A stretch of DNA of 64,000 bases from the human T2T-CHM13v2.0 reference genome, Homo sapiens. The position numbers and the translations under genes were made by a program. The stretch lies in assembly GCF_009914755.1 (NCBI RefSeq), contig NC_060936.1; one strand, written 5' to 3'. The notes beneath the pieces were generated by a model, which ran no database searches, was not told the DNA's origin, and saw only the letters and a list, made by a program, of their open reading frames with translations. Each line of letters begins with the position of its first letter. Positions within the stretch are counted from its first letter, which is position 1. Shown piece by piece: positions 1-18,900 of the stretch.

Positions 1-112
1 CCCCAGGGAGAGGTGGGGGCCGGCTTGCCTGTTAATTTAATATTAAATTGGGGATGGGAATCGAGAGGAAAAAGTTATTCAGGGGATGATTTCTCAGCCT
101 CTCAGCCTGTAC
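1..112 (-). other. MLF2: MLF2 last exon (3' UTR only; continues beyond the window)
   Basis: Minus-strand polypyrimidine tract + cag acceptor at 115-113; pairs with a gtaagt donor at 334-329. Confidence 0.8.
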
Positions 113-359
113 CTGGAGGGGGAAAGAGAGAGGAGCACAAGTCAAAAGGAAGAAAAAACTTACGTTAAGAGCCAGGAGTTGGGGTTTAATCCCCTATGTC
201 AGTGAGAACATTGTTCTCTTTCCATGTCAACTTGTACTACCAAAGGCAGCTCCTGCGGGAGCCTGAACTGAGCCTGCCTTGCAGCCGAGGACCGTCCGCA
301 GGTGCACCCCACCCTCCTTACTCCTGATACTTACAAGAGAGGCTGAGGGCCCGGGGCCC

Positions 360-547
360 TCACCAGTCATAGCGGCGGGACTGTCGGGAAGGGGAGTCCT
401 CAGGTCCCTGGATGGCCAGGCGGGGAGGCCCCTCCGCCCTTCGTCCCCCAGCCCCTGAGGACTCAAGCCGCCGAAACTCCAGGGGACGCTGCTGCCGGAA
501 TCGGGAGGTCTCCCGCCGCCACTCGTCATCAAACGCTGCGGCCTCAC
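360..547 (-). CDS. MLF2: MLF2 last coding exon ([10 protein letters not shown]...SRRYDW*); exon extends to 335
   Basis: cag acceptor 550-548, TGA at 362-360. The seven coding exons sum to 747 nt = 248 aa + stop, matching myeloid leukemia factor 2. Confidence 0.96.
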
Positions 548-922
548 CTGGAAAGGACAGAGCGGACATGAGGCCTGTGTGCGGCCTGGCTCCTGGAGGC
601 CGATGTGCGAGCGAGCCACAGCTTTTCGGGCCAAAGCGGCGAAGGCTGAGTGTGCGTGCAGGGATGGGTGGGGTGGCAATTCCCTTAGCTCTTTTGGTTT
701 CTGCACGGTCCCAGGAAGCCACCGGTAGGCGTAAGGTGGCCTACTGGAGGAAGAAATCAGAATGGGATTATTCTTCAGTTCAGGTTCACAGTCCTATGTG
801 CACACTAGGTACTTAATAATTGCGGATTTGAAAAAGATAAAGAGGGGAGAAAGAAACGGATCAAGGTGGAGAAGGGTGTAACACTATCAATACGGAACTT
901 CAGGGACAAAGTAGGCCCCTCA

Positions 923-1623
<701 letters not shown>

Positions 1624-1741
1624 CTATACCATCTCAGGATAAACACACCACACACAACCCAATCCGGAAAAAAGCAGCCAGGGTTTCTGGCGGTGCCGCT
1701 CAATCCTACCTTCTCTGGGACAGGAGGGCTCCCCAACTCAC

Positions 1742-1870
1742 CCCGCCTGGTGCCGAGCGCATCTCTGATGTCTCTTGGTAGACCTTGGGGGCACCATCAC
1801 CCGTATTGGAGTAGGAGATGACAGTGGAAGATGAGAAGGTCTGGCAATTGCCTCCAGCTGTCATGTGTTC
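1742..1870 (-). CDS. MLF2: MLF2 coding exon ([10 protein letters not shown]...RSAPGG)
   Basis: cag/gtgagt boundaries, 129 nt. Confidence 0.96.
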
Positions 1871-2277
1871 CTGAGGACAGGGTAGGTAGGGGAGGGCTGA
1901 ATGGGGAGGCATCACCCCTGGTGAAGGGATTTCACCCTTCAGCTGCCTGTTCTAGCCTGTATCTTTCTCACAAAATGCAAGAACTGAAAAAACATCAGGC
2001 CTCATCATTACCCTCCCAAATTCCTCTGAGTCCAACCACGAGCAAGAAGGACCTGAAGAGACAGGGCCTTAATTGTATGCTACGTAAGAGAGCTGCTGCC
2101 GGCTGCTTCAGGCAGGCATGACAGCAGGTACAGGGTCCCAAGGCTCTCTGGTTCAATTACTTTATCCAGTACTTTACCCTTCACTAGCATACTGTTTCCC
2201 TCTTGCCTTAGAGGATGCAAGGTGTTGTCAGCCATCACTGAGAGCAAGGCCGGGGAAGGGTATGGGGCAAGTCTCAC

Positions 2278-2331
2278 CATGTTTCCAATCATGTCATTCA
2301 TCATCCCAAACATGTCCATGAAACCACCCGA
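2278..2331 (-). CDS. MLF2: MLF2 coding exon (SGGFMDMFGMMNDMIGNM)
   Basis: cag/gtgaga boundaries, 54 nt. Confidence 0.96.
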
Positions 2332-2782
2332 CTGGAGGAAAGAGATGGAAAACAGAGTCAGGAAAGCAAAGTCAGTGTTCAGAGTTGATCCTGTTTAGGA
2401 ACCCACAACCCACATGGCTGCACATTTCCTTTCTCTTCTTCCTTCACATCTAGCAAGTTCTCTTTCTCATTCTGTTAAAATAACCAGAATACTCATATTT
2501 CTCCTCCTGTGAACTGCTGACCCCTTCCTCAGTCTCTGTGACTGCTGTGATCCAATTTTCCTTCTCCTGCTTGCTATATTCCCCCCATCTTTAGGAAGCA
2601 AGCCAAAGTAATGGATTCTAAACTCTAAAGAGGTAAGGCATGAAATTGTTAAAACCTACCAAAAAATCATCTCTAGTTGGCCCTTTAACTGCACTTCCCT
2701 CCTCAAAAGAACAAATTTTGCTAGACAATTACATCTTCCTAATGCGTATGAACTTCTAGGAGTACAACAGTTAATAACATCT

Positions 2783-3018
2783 TTTCTTTTTTTTTTTTTT
2801 GAGATGGAGTCTGGCTCTGTTGCCCAGGCTGGAGGGCAGTGGCGCAGTCTCGGCTCACTGCAATCTCCACCTCCCGGATTCAAGAGTAGCTGGGACTACA
2901 GGTGTGTGCCACCATGCCTGGCTTTTTTGGTATTTTTAGTAGAGACGGGGTTTCACCATGTTGGCCAGTCTGGTCTCGAACTTCTGACTGCAAGTGATCA
3001 CCCATCTCGGCCTCCCAA
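2783..3018 (-). mobile_element. Alu SINE, internally deleted
   Basis: poly-T followed by GAGATGGAGTCT... Confidence 0.88.
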
Positions 3019-3205
3019 CAAGAGTTTAACACCTTTAACCCACAGGGCTCCTAGTACCCAACAGGCTCAGAGCTTTGTGAATGCCATAAAAAGAGAAGAT
3101 TCTGGGGTTACTCATGAAACTATTCCTAAGAGGCACATTTGGGAATAATATCTAAGGGTAGAGAGTGTGTCTGAGATGGAAGGACACAGGGAGATAAAGA
3201 CTCAC

Positions 3206-3241
3206 CATTCCCAGCATCCCAAAGGGGGAGACAGCTCCAGC
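3206..3241 (-). CDS. MLF2: MLF2 coding exon (AGAVSPFGMLGM)
   Basis: tag/gtgagt boundaries, 36 nt. Confidence 0.94.
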
Positions 3242-3489
3242 CTACAGGAACACATGAGGAACAGAAATTAGAGACCACATCCTATCTCTTTACAATCCCA
3301 AACCAGGCCCATGGCCTCAATTTTTTTCCATCCTCTCAAAAGGGAGTCACAAAGCCCTTTTTCCTGACCCTTTCCCCAACTCCTAGAGCATTTCACTTGC
3401 TCAGTTGGCTGTAGTGCAAGAAAATTAAGTGCTTTCCTAACTAACCTCCAACCTTTCTTTGGGTCTCAGGTGTGTCTCAGCATCATTAC

Positions 3490-3619
3490 CTGCTGCATCC
3501 GGCGGCTGGCAGGCCTGGTCCCTGGCATGTTGCCATCTGTGATGCTGAGGAAGGGGCTATATCCAAAGCCACCTGACAACATACGGCTCATATGCTGACG
3601 GTGAATAGCAAAGGGATCC
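3490..3619 (-). CDS. MLF2: MLF2 coding exon ([10 protein letters not shown]...RRMQQ)
   Basis: cag/gtaatg boundaries, 130 nt. Confidence 0.96.
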
Positions 3620-3849
3620 CTGTGGAGTGAGCACATAGTATGGATGGCAGAAGCGCCAAACTGTCAATCCCTCCACCACCCTGCAAAAAAATACGCACAG
3701 AGCAACAGTGGCACCGATGCCTACTTCCTGCTAGGTAGGAGCTAGGTATCCAGCCAGTTCCAACCATTCCTAGCAATGGGAACCCCGATGTCTGCCTGAA
3801 CTGCTCAGAGACCTGGAGTGGGAGAGCTTGAGGGGGAGGGAATACTCAC

Positions 3850-3899
3850 ATCAGGAACATGGGATCCTCAGGCTCCACGTCCCTCATGAAGCGGAACAT
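3850..3899 (-). CDS. MLF2: MLF2 first coding exon (MFRFMRDVEPEDPMFL/M); exon starts at 3927
   Basis: aggATG at 3899-3897, donor gtgagt 3849-3844, acceptor cag 3930-3928. Confidence 0.96.
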
Positions 3900-4503
3900 C
3901 CTGATCTCAGCTCCAGGGGGCTCCACACTGGAAAGATATGGAAGCTCAGATACTTGGAGGTGGCCAGGGTTTTGCACACCCACTCAGTGTGGGGACTCTC
4001 AGAGCACTGTCCTTTCCAAATCCTGTAACTGACCCCCTAAACTCCAGGGAGACCCTACTCCAGGTGTTCCACACAACCCTCTAGGGAGGGAAGGGCTCTT
4101 CAAACCTCTTTCTCAATTAGGGCCATGGAAAATTTTTCCAACCCTCTCGGTTTTTCCCTCCCCCACTCAGAGCCATCCTCTTCCCAAAGCTCTGGCCGGT
4201 AGCATACTCTCCCCTCCTCCCGCCGACGACACCGTTCTAGATGAGAATGCCAAGTGCAGGTCCTCCGCCCCATTAATGACCCCAGTCACCCCGCCCCCTC
4301 CTTACACTCAGGCCTCCCCCAGGCGGGCCTCACTAAGCCCCCCGCGCCTGTCTGCGACTCCTCTAGCTCCCGCCTCCCCGCCAGGCGAGCAGGAGAGGTA
4401 GGCCTGAGCCTCTCCTCTCCCCACCCCGCATCCCGGGCTCCCAGACCCTGCAGCCCCGTGGGCCCGCTCCCGTCCGGGGCTGCCAGCTCTGCCCGAGCCT
4501 CAC

Positions 4504-4710
4504 CAGTGCCCGATTCGGGCTCAGCGGCCCATCCGGCCGGTTTCGCTTCCCGGTACGCTGCAGGGTCAGGGTCGCGGCCCGGAACGTGGGGATTGGTCCG
4601 GGCTTGAGCTCCTCGGCCTTCCACGCCGCCTCCTCCCACAGCTGCCACCTCCGTACGGCCCCCTCGGCCAACGGAGCCCGAACCTCGGCCAGGCCCGGGC
4701 GGAAGTGACG
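4504..4710 (-). other. MLF2: MLF2 non-coding exon 1 within a CpG island (TSS approximate)
   Basis: Donor ctg|gtgagg at 4504/4503; CpG-dense about 4200-5400. Confidence 0.75.
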
Positions 4711-4714
4711 TCAC
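4699..4714. promoter_or_regulatory. Overlapping ETS-CRE composite element GCGGAAGTGACGTCAC (GABPA/CREB type) at the MLF2 promoter
   Basis: CGGAAGT overlaps a perfect TGACGTCA near the inferred TSS. Confidence 0.8.
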
Positions 4715-5330
4715 GATAGACCCGCCCACCCGGGGCCGGGCCGTGGGAGCCCCGCCCCCTGGCGCGGGTGGTGAGATGGCTGGGGCCGAGTCCCAGGGGC
4801 GCCGGGGCCATGGGCCAAGCTCAGGGGAGCAGAGCCTGAGGCCGAGAGGGGTCCCCTGGGCACGAAGAAGGGGAGCTCATTAGTAACCTCGATTTGGGTT
4901 CTGTGGACTGGAAGAGGCTCCCATAAGGCAGGGGAGGAGAAGGAGAAGAGGAATCCATTCTTCGGGAGGGACCGGGTTGGAGGTTGAACCTGGGGGCGCA
5001 GTGCAGCACGTTCTCTCTCCCTCCTCAAGGGGAAACTGGAGGACGAGGGGCAGATGCCCCTTGGGGAGAGGCGGGCGCTCTGTGGGCGACGAGGCGGGGC
5101 GGATCCCTGGGGGGAGCTTTAAGCCGACTCTACTGGAGAAGCAGTCTACCCTAGAGGGAGGATGGGCAGTTTTCCTGCGGGGGAGGCGCTTGGGCCTGTC
5201 CCCGCTTGAGGAGGAGCGTTCCTGGCAGGGCGGAGTCCCCGGAGTGACGCAGAGGAGGTGAAACTCTCCAGCCCAGATCTAGTTCGGGCTTCAGAAAGTC
5301 GGATGGGGCAGAGGATCCAGGTTGGGGGGT

Positions 5331-5349
5331 TGGCCGCCAGATGGCGCTC
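5331..5349 (+). promoter_or_regulatory. CTCF-like motif TGGCCGCCAGATGGCGCTC
   Basis: Close match to the CTCF core consensus, at the edge of the CpG island. Confidence 0.6.
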
Positions 5350-6336
5350 CTCGGCCAGGCTGGAACCGGAGGCCCTTGAGAACTCGCGTTGGAGAGGGAC
5401 CTGGACCCTCCCCCGTTACCCATCTGTGAAGGGTTGGACTGGGGAAAGGCTACAGTTCTGAATCTATTAGTTTAATGCCACTCTCCCCTTCCTTTTACTC
5501 TAATTCTTGTGTCCTCAAGAGCTCCCAGTCCTGCACTGACCTTTCTTGGTTGCTTTCTTAGGTCAAAGGTCTAAAGTTTGGGGGAACAAAGGAGTGGAGA
5601 GCTCAGTTAACCTGGATCACCCAGGGGAGGAGCTAAAACGGGGCCCAGAAGACCTGCCTCCAAGGCCAGAGACTGATACTTTGACATACTAAATGTCTTG
5701 CATAAAATCTGGCTCTGCTGGAGAGAAGGGCCTTCCCCTTTGGGGTCAGGGCATTTGGACTGTCTAGGATGGACTTTAACCAGACTCATCCAAACTCCAG
5801 CTTTCCCTGGTTCTTTACTCTGGCTTTTAGCCATATTAGTGCTGTGTGGAGTCTGACCCAATGAGAAAGACTTGTTCCCAGTAATTCCCTGGGGGAGAAA
5901 GAGGGGGTCCCTGGTGACTCAGGAAAAGGTGCTAGGAACAGGGCTTCTCACGTTTCTTTGGACTTGATCATTATTAAAGAGGAAAAAACAATAATAGAGA
6001 CAGGGAGCAGAGATAGATAATTAAGATATAAGCTGACAGACTGGCAAGTCAAAGGAAAACAGACAGAATACAAGTAAATTTGTTTTTCATTGCTATTTCT
6101 GGGGGAAGAGACTTAGTAAAATCTTCTGTCTTCCAGATCTCTGCACTTCCCACCATGCAACTTCCCCTTATCCTCTTGCCCCAAATGAAAGCAGTTTGAC
6201 ATGTGATCAAGAGTTGTCCCAGTAAAGGTTCTGTGGCTGAAACTTAACTAAAGAGATCCTATCCATTTTTTTTCTTTTGTCCTCTCCTCCTTCTAAAGCA
6301 AGTTCTTTATTGTCCAGCCAATCAACAAATGTTTAA

Positions 6337-8835
<2,499 letters not shown>

Positions 8836-9374
8836 CTGTCCAGTGAACTGTGGTGAACAGTGTCCCATAGGTAAGATGTAGAAGGGAGAGCAGGCCCTGC
8901 CAGGGGTGAGGCTCAATCATAAGGCAGATAAGGATTGTTGGCAAGGAAGAGAAACAAAGTTCCAGCATTCACTGTTCTATCTGATGGAGCCAAAGTCATG
9001 AAGTCCTTGAGAGGGTACAGCCGGGCCAGAAAAGGGGTCGTCTCTTCAGATGTGAGGTCATGCCTCTGGAGCAATCCCAGGGCTGTGAGACATTAGAGTG
9101 GAGGGAGGGTGGAGGAGTGATGAGGGAATGAGGGGAGACTGAGTTTTTTGCCTGAGCGGCATGAGCGGGTGTGGCTGAGTGTGTGTGGATGTGATGTGCA
9201 TTTGTGTTGGGGGAGGGAGATAAACTATAAAAAGGAGCGCTAAGGTGCCCCAGGTAGAGAGAGGGGGGAATGCCAACTCAGTGAGAGAGAAAAGTGACTT
9301 GAGAGCATTTTTTAAAAGTCACCTTTTCAGCTTTAAAAAAATAAATAAATAAATAAATAAATATATATATATAT

Positions 9375-10530
<1,156 letters not shown>

Positions 10531-10833
10531 TGCTTACACTGCCAAGTACTGTACTGAAAATGTACAAATAGTGGTTTGAGAATATGTTAAAGCGGTGACT
10601 GTTTGGAAACTCGCGACTGTGTGGCTATCCGGGATAACTGACCTGGACACTCATTTCTTGAAGCTAGCCTAAGGTAGGAGGAGATGTGGACAACATGAAT
10701 GAGGGACTTCCACACCTAGTTTGACTATAAGATATTGGATATTAGACCGTCTTGCGTAGATATGCTAATGGTACCTGTTGGCATTAGCACTGGAGTTTCA
10801 AATTATTCTTTAATCATTTCAAGAAGACATCCT

Positions 10834-14680
<3,847 letters not shown>

Positions 14681-17600
14681 ATGATCGAAGTTAGGCTAAT
14701 TTAGGTCTTCCTCTAGGACTCCATCTCCTCTCAACTCTCCACTGACTTTCGTTTTGAAAAGTTTTAGATTGAAAATAAAAAAAGCAAAGGAAAATGGGGT
14801 AAATGGGGGATAGAAAATGAGGTCACTGGGAATGGAATGGGGATAAAGTAAAACGAGGAGTGGAGATAGCCCCCCCAACTTTCAGGTCTCTGTCTTCCAA
14901 GGCCTTGAATGATAACTAGGCCTTCCTTACCCCTTAACCAACAGGAGAAATAGGCACACTGAAAAAATCCAGGAAGCTGGAGAGGGGGAAGAATTCACCA
15001 AGAATGAGATGGAAATAACTAGAATTGAACACTTCCCACACATGGTATCAAGGTAAATTTCTAGGATGTCAGGCCAGAAGTCATCGTTTCCAGGGGGCTC
15101 AGACCTTCCTTGTTCTCACCTGGTCACCTTTTTCCCGCTTTCAGAAAATGTGTAAGAAGCACATGCTTCCCCCATTCAACTAGTGGGAGAAATTCTCAAT
15201 TGGACTGTAGAGTAAGGTAATTCTAGGAATAGGCAAGCCTCCACAAAGCCTCAGAAATAGTTCCACAGAGAAAAGCAAACACAGGCCATTTAGCACCGTT
15301 GGCCCCAGAGGCTCTGAGGCTAACCCCTAGGACTGTCGGGTGGCTTTCAGATCCCACTCACTCCACATTCATCCCAAGTCTCACTTCCAGCTTCTTTCTC
15401 ATGAAGCCAAGACTTCAGAAGACTGGTTTGTTGTCCAACCAGAGAGAGATGGCTAAAGGATGCTTCATCCACCAGGAAAGGAATTCGATCCAGGCCTCCA
15501 GCTTTCTAGATCTTTTCCCTGGGGTCCCTCGGACCCTAGTGTTCAAGCTCTTAGATTCTCAAGGCACTCCCTTGGGCTTTGGGGCAGGATTCCCATTCTC
15601 TGCCTCTCCATCTCTCTGGAATTTTCCACTGCAGCTGCCTCTGCTCCCAGACACCCCTCCCTGGGCAAAATTCCCGGCTCCCTCCGCCTCCCCTTCCCTA
15701 ATCACACCTCATTCCCACCCCCAGCCCTGAGGCCCAGCCCACAGTCCGGCCCACAGCCCACGCTAACCCTGGTGGTCCCAGTTAGAGAAGTGGGAGGCCA
15801 GGTCCCTTATGGAAGGGTGAGAGGGAGTGTCCCAGCCTCTCTTTAGGGCGGGGAGAAGGGACACTGGAGGGGCTGGTCCCCTGTGGGGCTGGAGTTGGGG
15901 GAGTGGCCCTCCTCACATCCCCATATAAGGCAGGGCAAGCAGTTAGGCTTCTGGATTGGCTGATTCAAATGAGCATTCCACCTGGCAACAGGGTTTCTAT
16001 TGGCTATCAGGAAAAATAGGAGGAAGGTGGATGGAGGTTGTTGGTGGCGGTGATTGGAGGGGGGAGAGGAGTGGAGGTGACCGGAGTGGGGGGCGGTTAC
16101 CAGGGCAACAGGGTAAGAGCCCAGCAGGGTGTCCGAGACAGCAGGCGGGGCTGGGAGGTGGAGTGGAGGGAAGAGGAAAGGAAGGCGGGAGGGAGAGGAA
16201 AGAGCCTGATGGGGAGGGAGCGAGACTGGGAGACTGGGTTGTTGGTTGGGCGGGGGGGGGAGTAGCAAAGGATCGAGGAGAGGGAGATAAATGAAGCAAG
16301 AGGAGTACAGAGATGGAGACGGTGAGAGACGGCTGAAGACATCAGCCAGTGAGTCAGAGAAACAGATTGAGAGAGGGACATGGAAAGATCTCAGAAAAGA
16401 TGGACAGAGTCCGGCAAGGAAAAATCCTGGGTGGGGCCCCAAGATTTTTGAGGAGACTGAGACTGAAATATTGATAGAAAAGTCAGAAAGAGAAACTGGG
16501 AGGCGTGTACATCAAGGGACCAAAAGATGGTGTATTTAAGCACTCAAACACAAAATAATGATAATGATCATCAACGTAGTTTTTTATTAATAAAATGAAA
16601 ATAATAAGATGAGGAATAATGATAATGACAGACAAATATGGGAGTGCACGCACACCAAAGGTCTTTTTCCAAACCCCAGCCTTCCACTCTGTCCACCTTC
16701 CTGACCTTTAATACACAACCCAGCCCCTGTTCCCTTCTGAAATCCCAAGCTTTTCAAAATGACTCAAAGATACCGAGATTGAGGGCGAGGAGCTGAGGAT
16801 GTGTGGAATAGGGTGGGGCTGGAACTCCAGACCTGGACCTGTATTATATTTGCAAAGGAGGCAAATATAACCCAGAAAGGCTAGGGAAGATGGCAGCAGA
16901 GGAATGAGAAAAGCTGAAGGATGGAAAATGTAAAAAATGAGGACAGAAAGAGGAGTTGAGGAAAGCCAGCCAAGAATAGAGGGCCAGGTGCCTGACTCAG
17001 ATAAGACAAGAGCAGGGTTGTCTGGGAAAGATAGGGAAAGAGACCAGAGGTGGAAGGGCAGAAGAGAGTCAGTGAGGAGTGGAGAAGAGGTGAGAGAAGA
17101 ATGGGAGCGATTCGAGTTATAATTGGTTGTGAAGGAGGGGTCTAGGTACAGATGACTGAGGACGGATGAAGAGAAATAGAAGGACCAGGCGAATAAAAGT
17201 GAGGTGAGACGGGCGAATAAGAGAGGTAGAAGATGGAAGAGAGCTGGAAGACAGCAAAGGAGACCAGGGGGCCTGACTCCCCCCGGCTCACAGCACGGGG
17301 CCAGGAAGGGAGGCACCCGGCAAGGGTCACAAGTGTCAATCTGGCGGGACAGAAGGCTGGGCCGCCCTTTCTGCCCTCCCATCCCTCCTCAAGGCCATCC
17401 AGAGAATGTGGATGGAGGATGAGAGGGGGAAATCCGGCGTGGTGTGGAAGGAGCGCCCGAACCCTCTTCCTCTTCTTTAAGCTTTTGGTTTCTCAAATAC
17501 CTGCCCTATCTTCCCATCTGCTCCCCTCACCCCACCCCTTGGCAAAATCCCAGGGCTTTTTTTGGGGTCAGTAGGATTCTGGCCACCTCTCCAGTCCGCC

Positions 17601-17869
17601 CCCAAAAGCCAGACTCCACATTCGCAGGCAGTAGGTTGGGATTTGGAAAGGTGCCTCCCCGCAGGAACCCCACCCCTTCCCACCTCCTCGCCCCACTCTT
17701 TCTCCGCGGCCGTCAGTCTCTCCATTTCCCCCTCCTGGTCTCGTCCTCCCTCCCGACTCCCTAGCTCTCCCTCCCCTCGCTTTCATCCTCCTATCCCCAC
17801 CTCTCCAACCTCCTCTTTCATCCCCCTCCCCTCTCCTCTCCTCCCCGCTCCCGCCTGCCCCACCCCTGG

Positions 17870-18900
17870 GAAGCCCCTCCCGTCGGGCAGCGCCGCCTTA
17901 TAAGCGGGTTCCCTTCCCGGGGGCGGCAGCGGCTGGTCGGCGGCAGCTCTGCTGGTGCGGGGGCGGCGAGCCCGGGATCGAGCTACCGCGGCCGAGCGCG
18001 CCGGCCACCGCCTGCACCGCCCTTCCGCCCGCCCTCCGGACGGCCGCAGCCCTGCGGGTCTCCGCTCCAGACCCACCCCCGCCCCACCCCGCGCGCCTCT
18101 GCCGCCTCTTCCAGAGACCCAGCTTGCCGAGCGGCCGCCGCTGCCGCTGTCGCCGCCGCCGCCGCCACCGCGCCAGGTTCCGGCCGCGGCCACCCTCCGC
18201 CGTCCAGGGCCCCTCCGTCTCGGCCCCGGGACCCCGGCTCCCCGCCAGCCCCGGCCCCGGCCCCGGCACCATGTCGGAGAAAAGCGTGGAGGCAGCGGCC
18301 GAGTTGAGCGCCAAGGTACGGGCGGGGGCGGCGGCGGCCCGGACCTCGCGCAGCCCTGGGGCCCGGCGCGGTCCTTCGCCCCAGGCCGCCCCCGACGGCC
18401 CCGCGCGGCCCTTGCGCCCGGGTCCTGGCGGACCCCACTGCGCCCTCCCACCGCTCCCCGGCCCGGAGCTCCTTTCCCGGCTCCGCGCGGCTAGCGCCAG
18501 CGCCCTCTAGCTGCCCTGCGCGCACCACGGCGCCCGGCCTCGCCGCTCCGGTCGCGCCGTCCCCCGCAGCCGTCCCCACCCCTCTTCGGCCCCACCTCGC
18601 TGACCGGATCCCGTCCGGCTTCCCGTCCGAACGCCCCGAGTCTCACTTTGCCGCGCCCCCTCCCTGCGCCCCGCTGCCGCGTCTTTGCTTGCAACCTGAC
18701 CTCACCTTTCCTCGCTAAGCGGTTTGAGATCCTCAAGTGTAAACAGGACTCTCCCTGGAGGCTGCTCCTCCGGGCCCCTCCCCGCGGCCCGACCGTCGCT
18801 CGCTTCTCTCCCCGGACGGCGGCCGCCTCTGTTTTCTCGTTCCCTCCCCTCAGCTGGCTTTCAGCTTTCTTTTCTCTTCATCGTCCCCTTCCCGCATACA
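17870..18900 (+). promoter_or_regulatory. PTMS: PTMS CpG-island promoter with TATA-like TATAAG at 17899-17904
   Basis: Very high CpG density; TATA lies upstream of a GC-rich 5' UTR with (GCC)n. Confidence 0.8.
18271..18315 (+). CDS. PTMS: Parathymosin exon 1 (MSEKSVEAAAELSAK)
   Basis: accATG; donor AAG|gtacgg. Five exons sum to 309 nt = 102 aa + stop. Confidence 0.97.
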
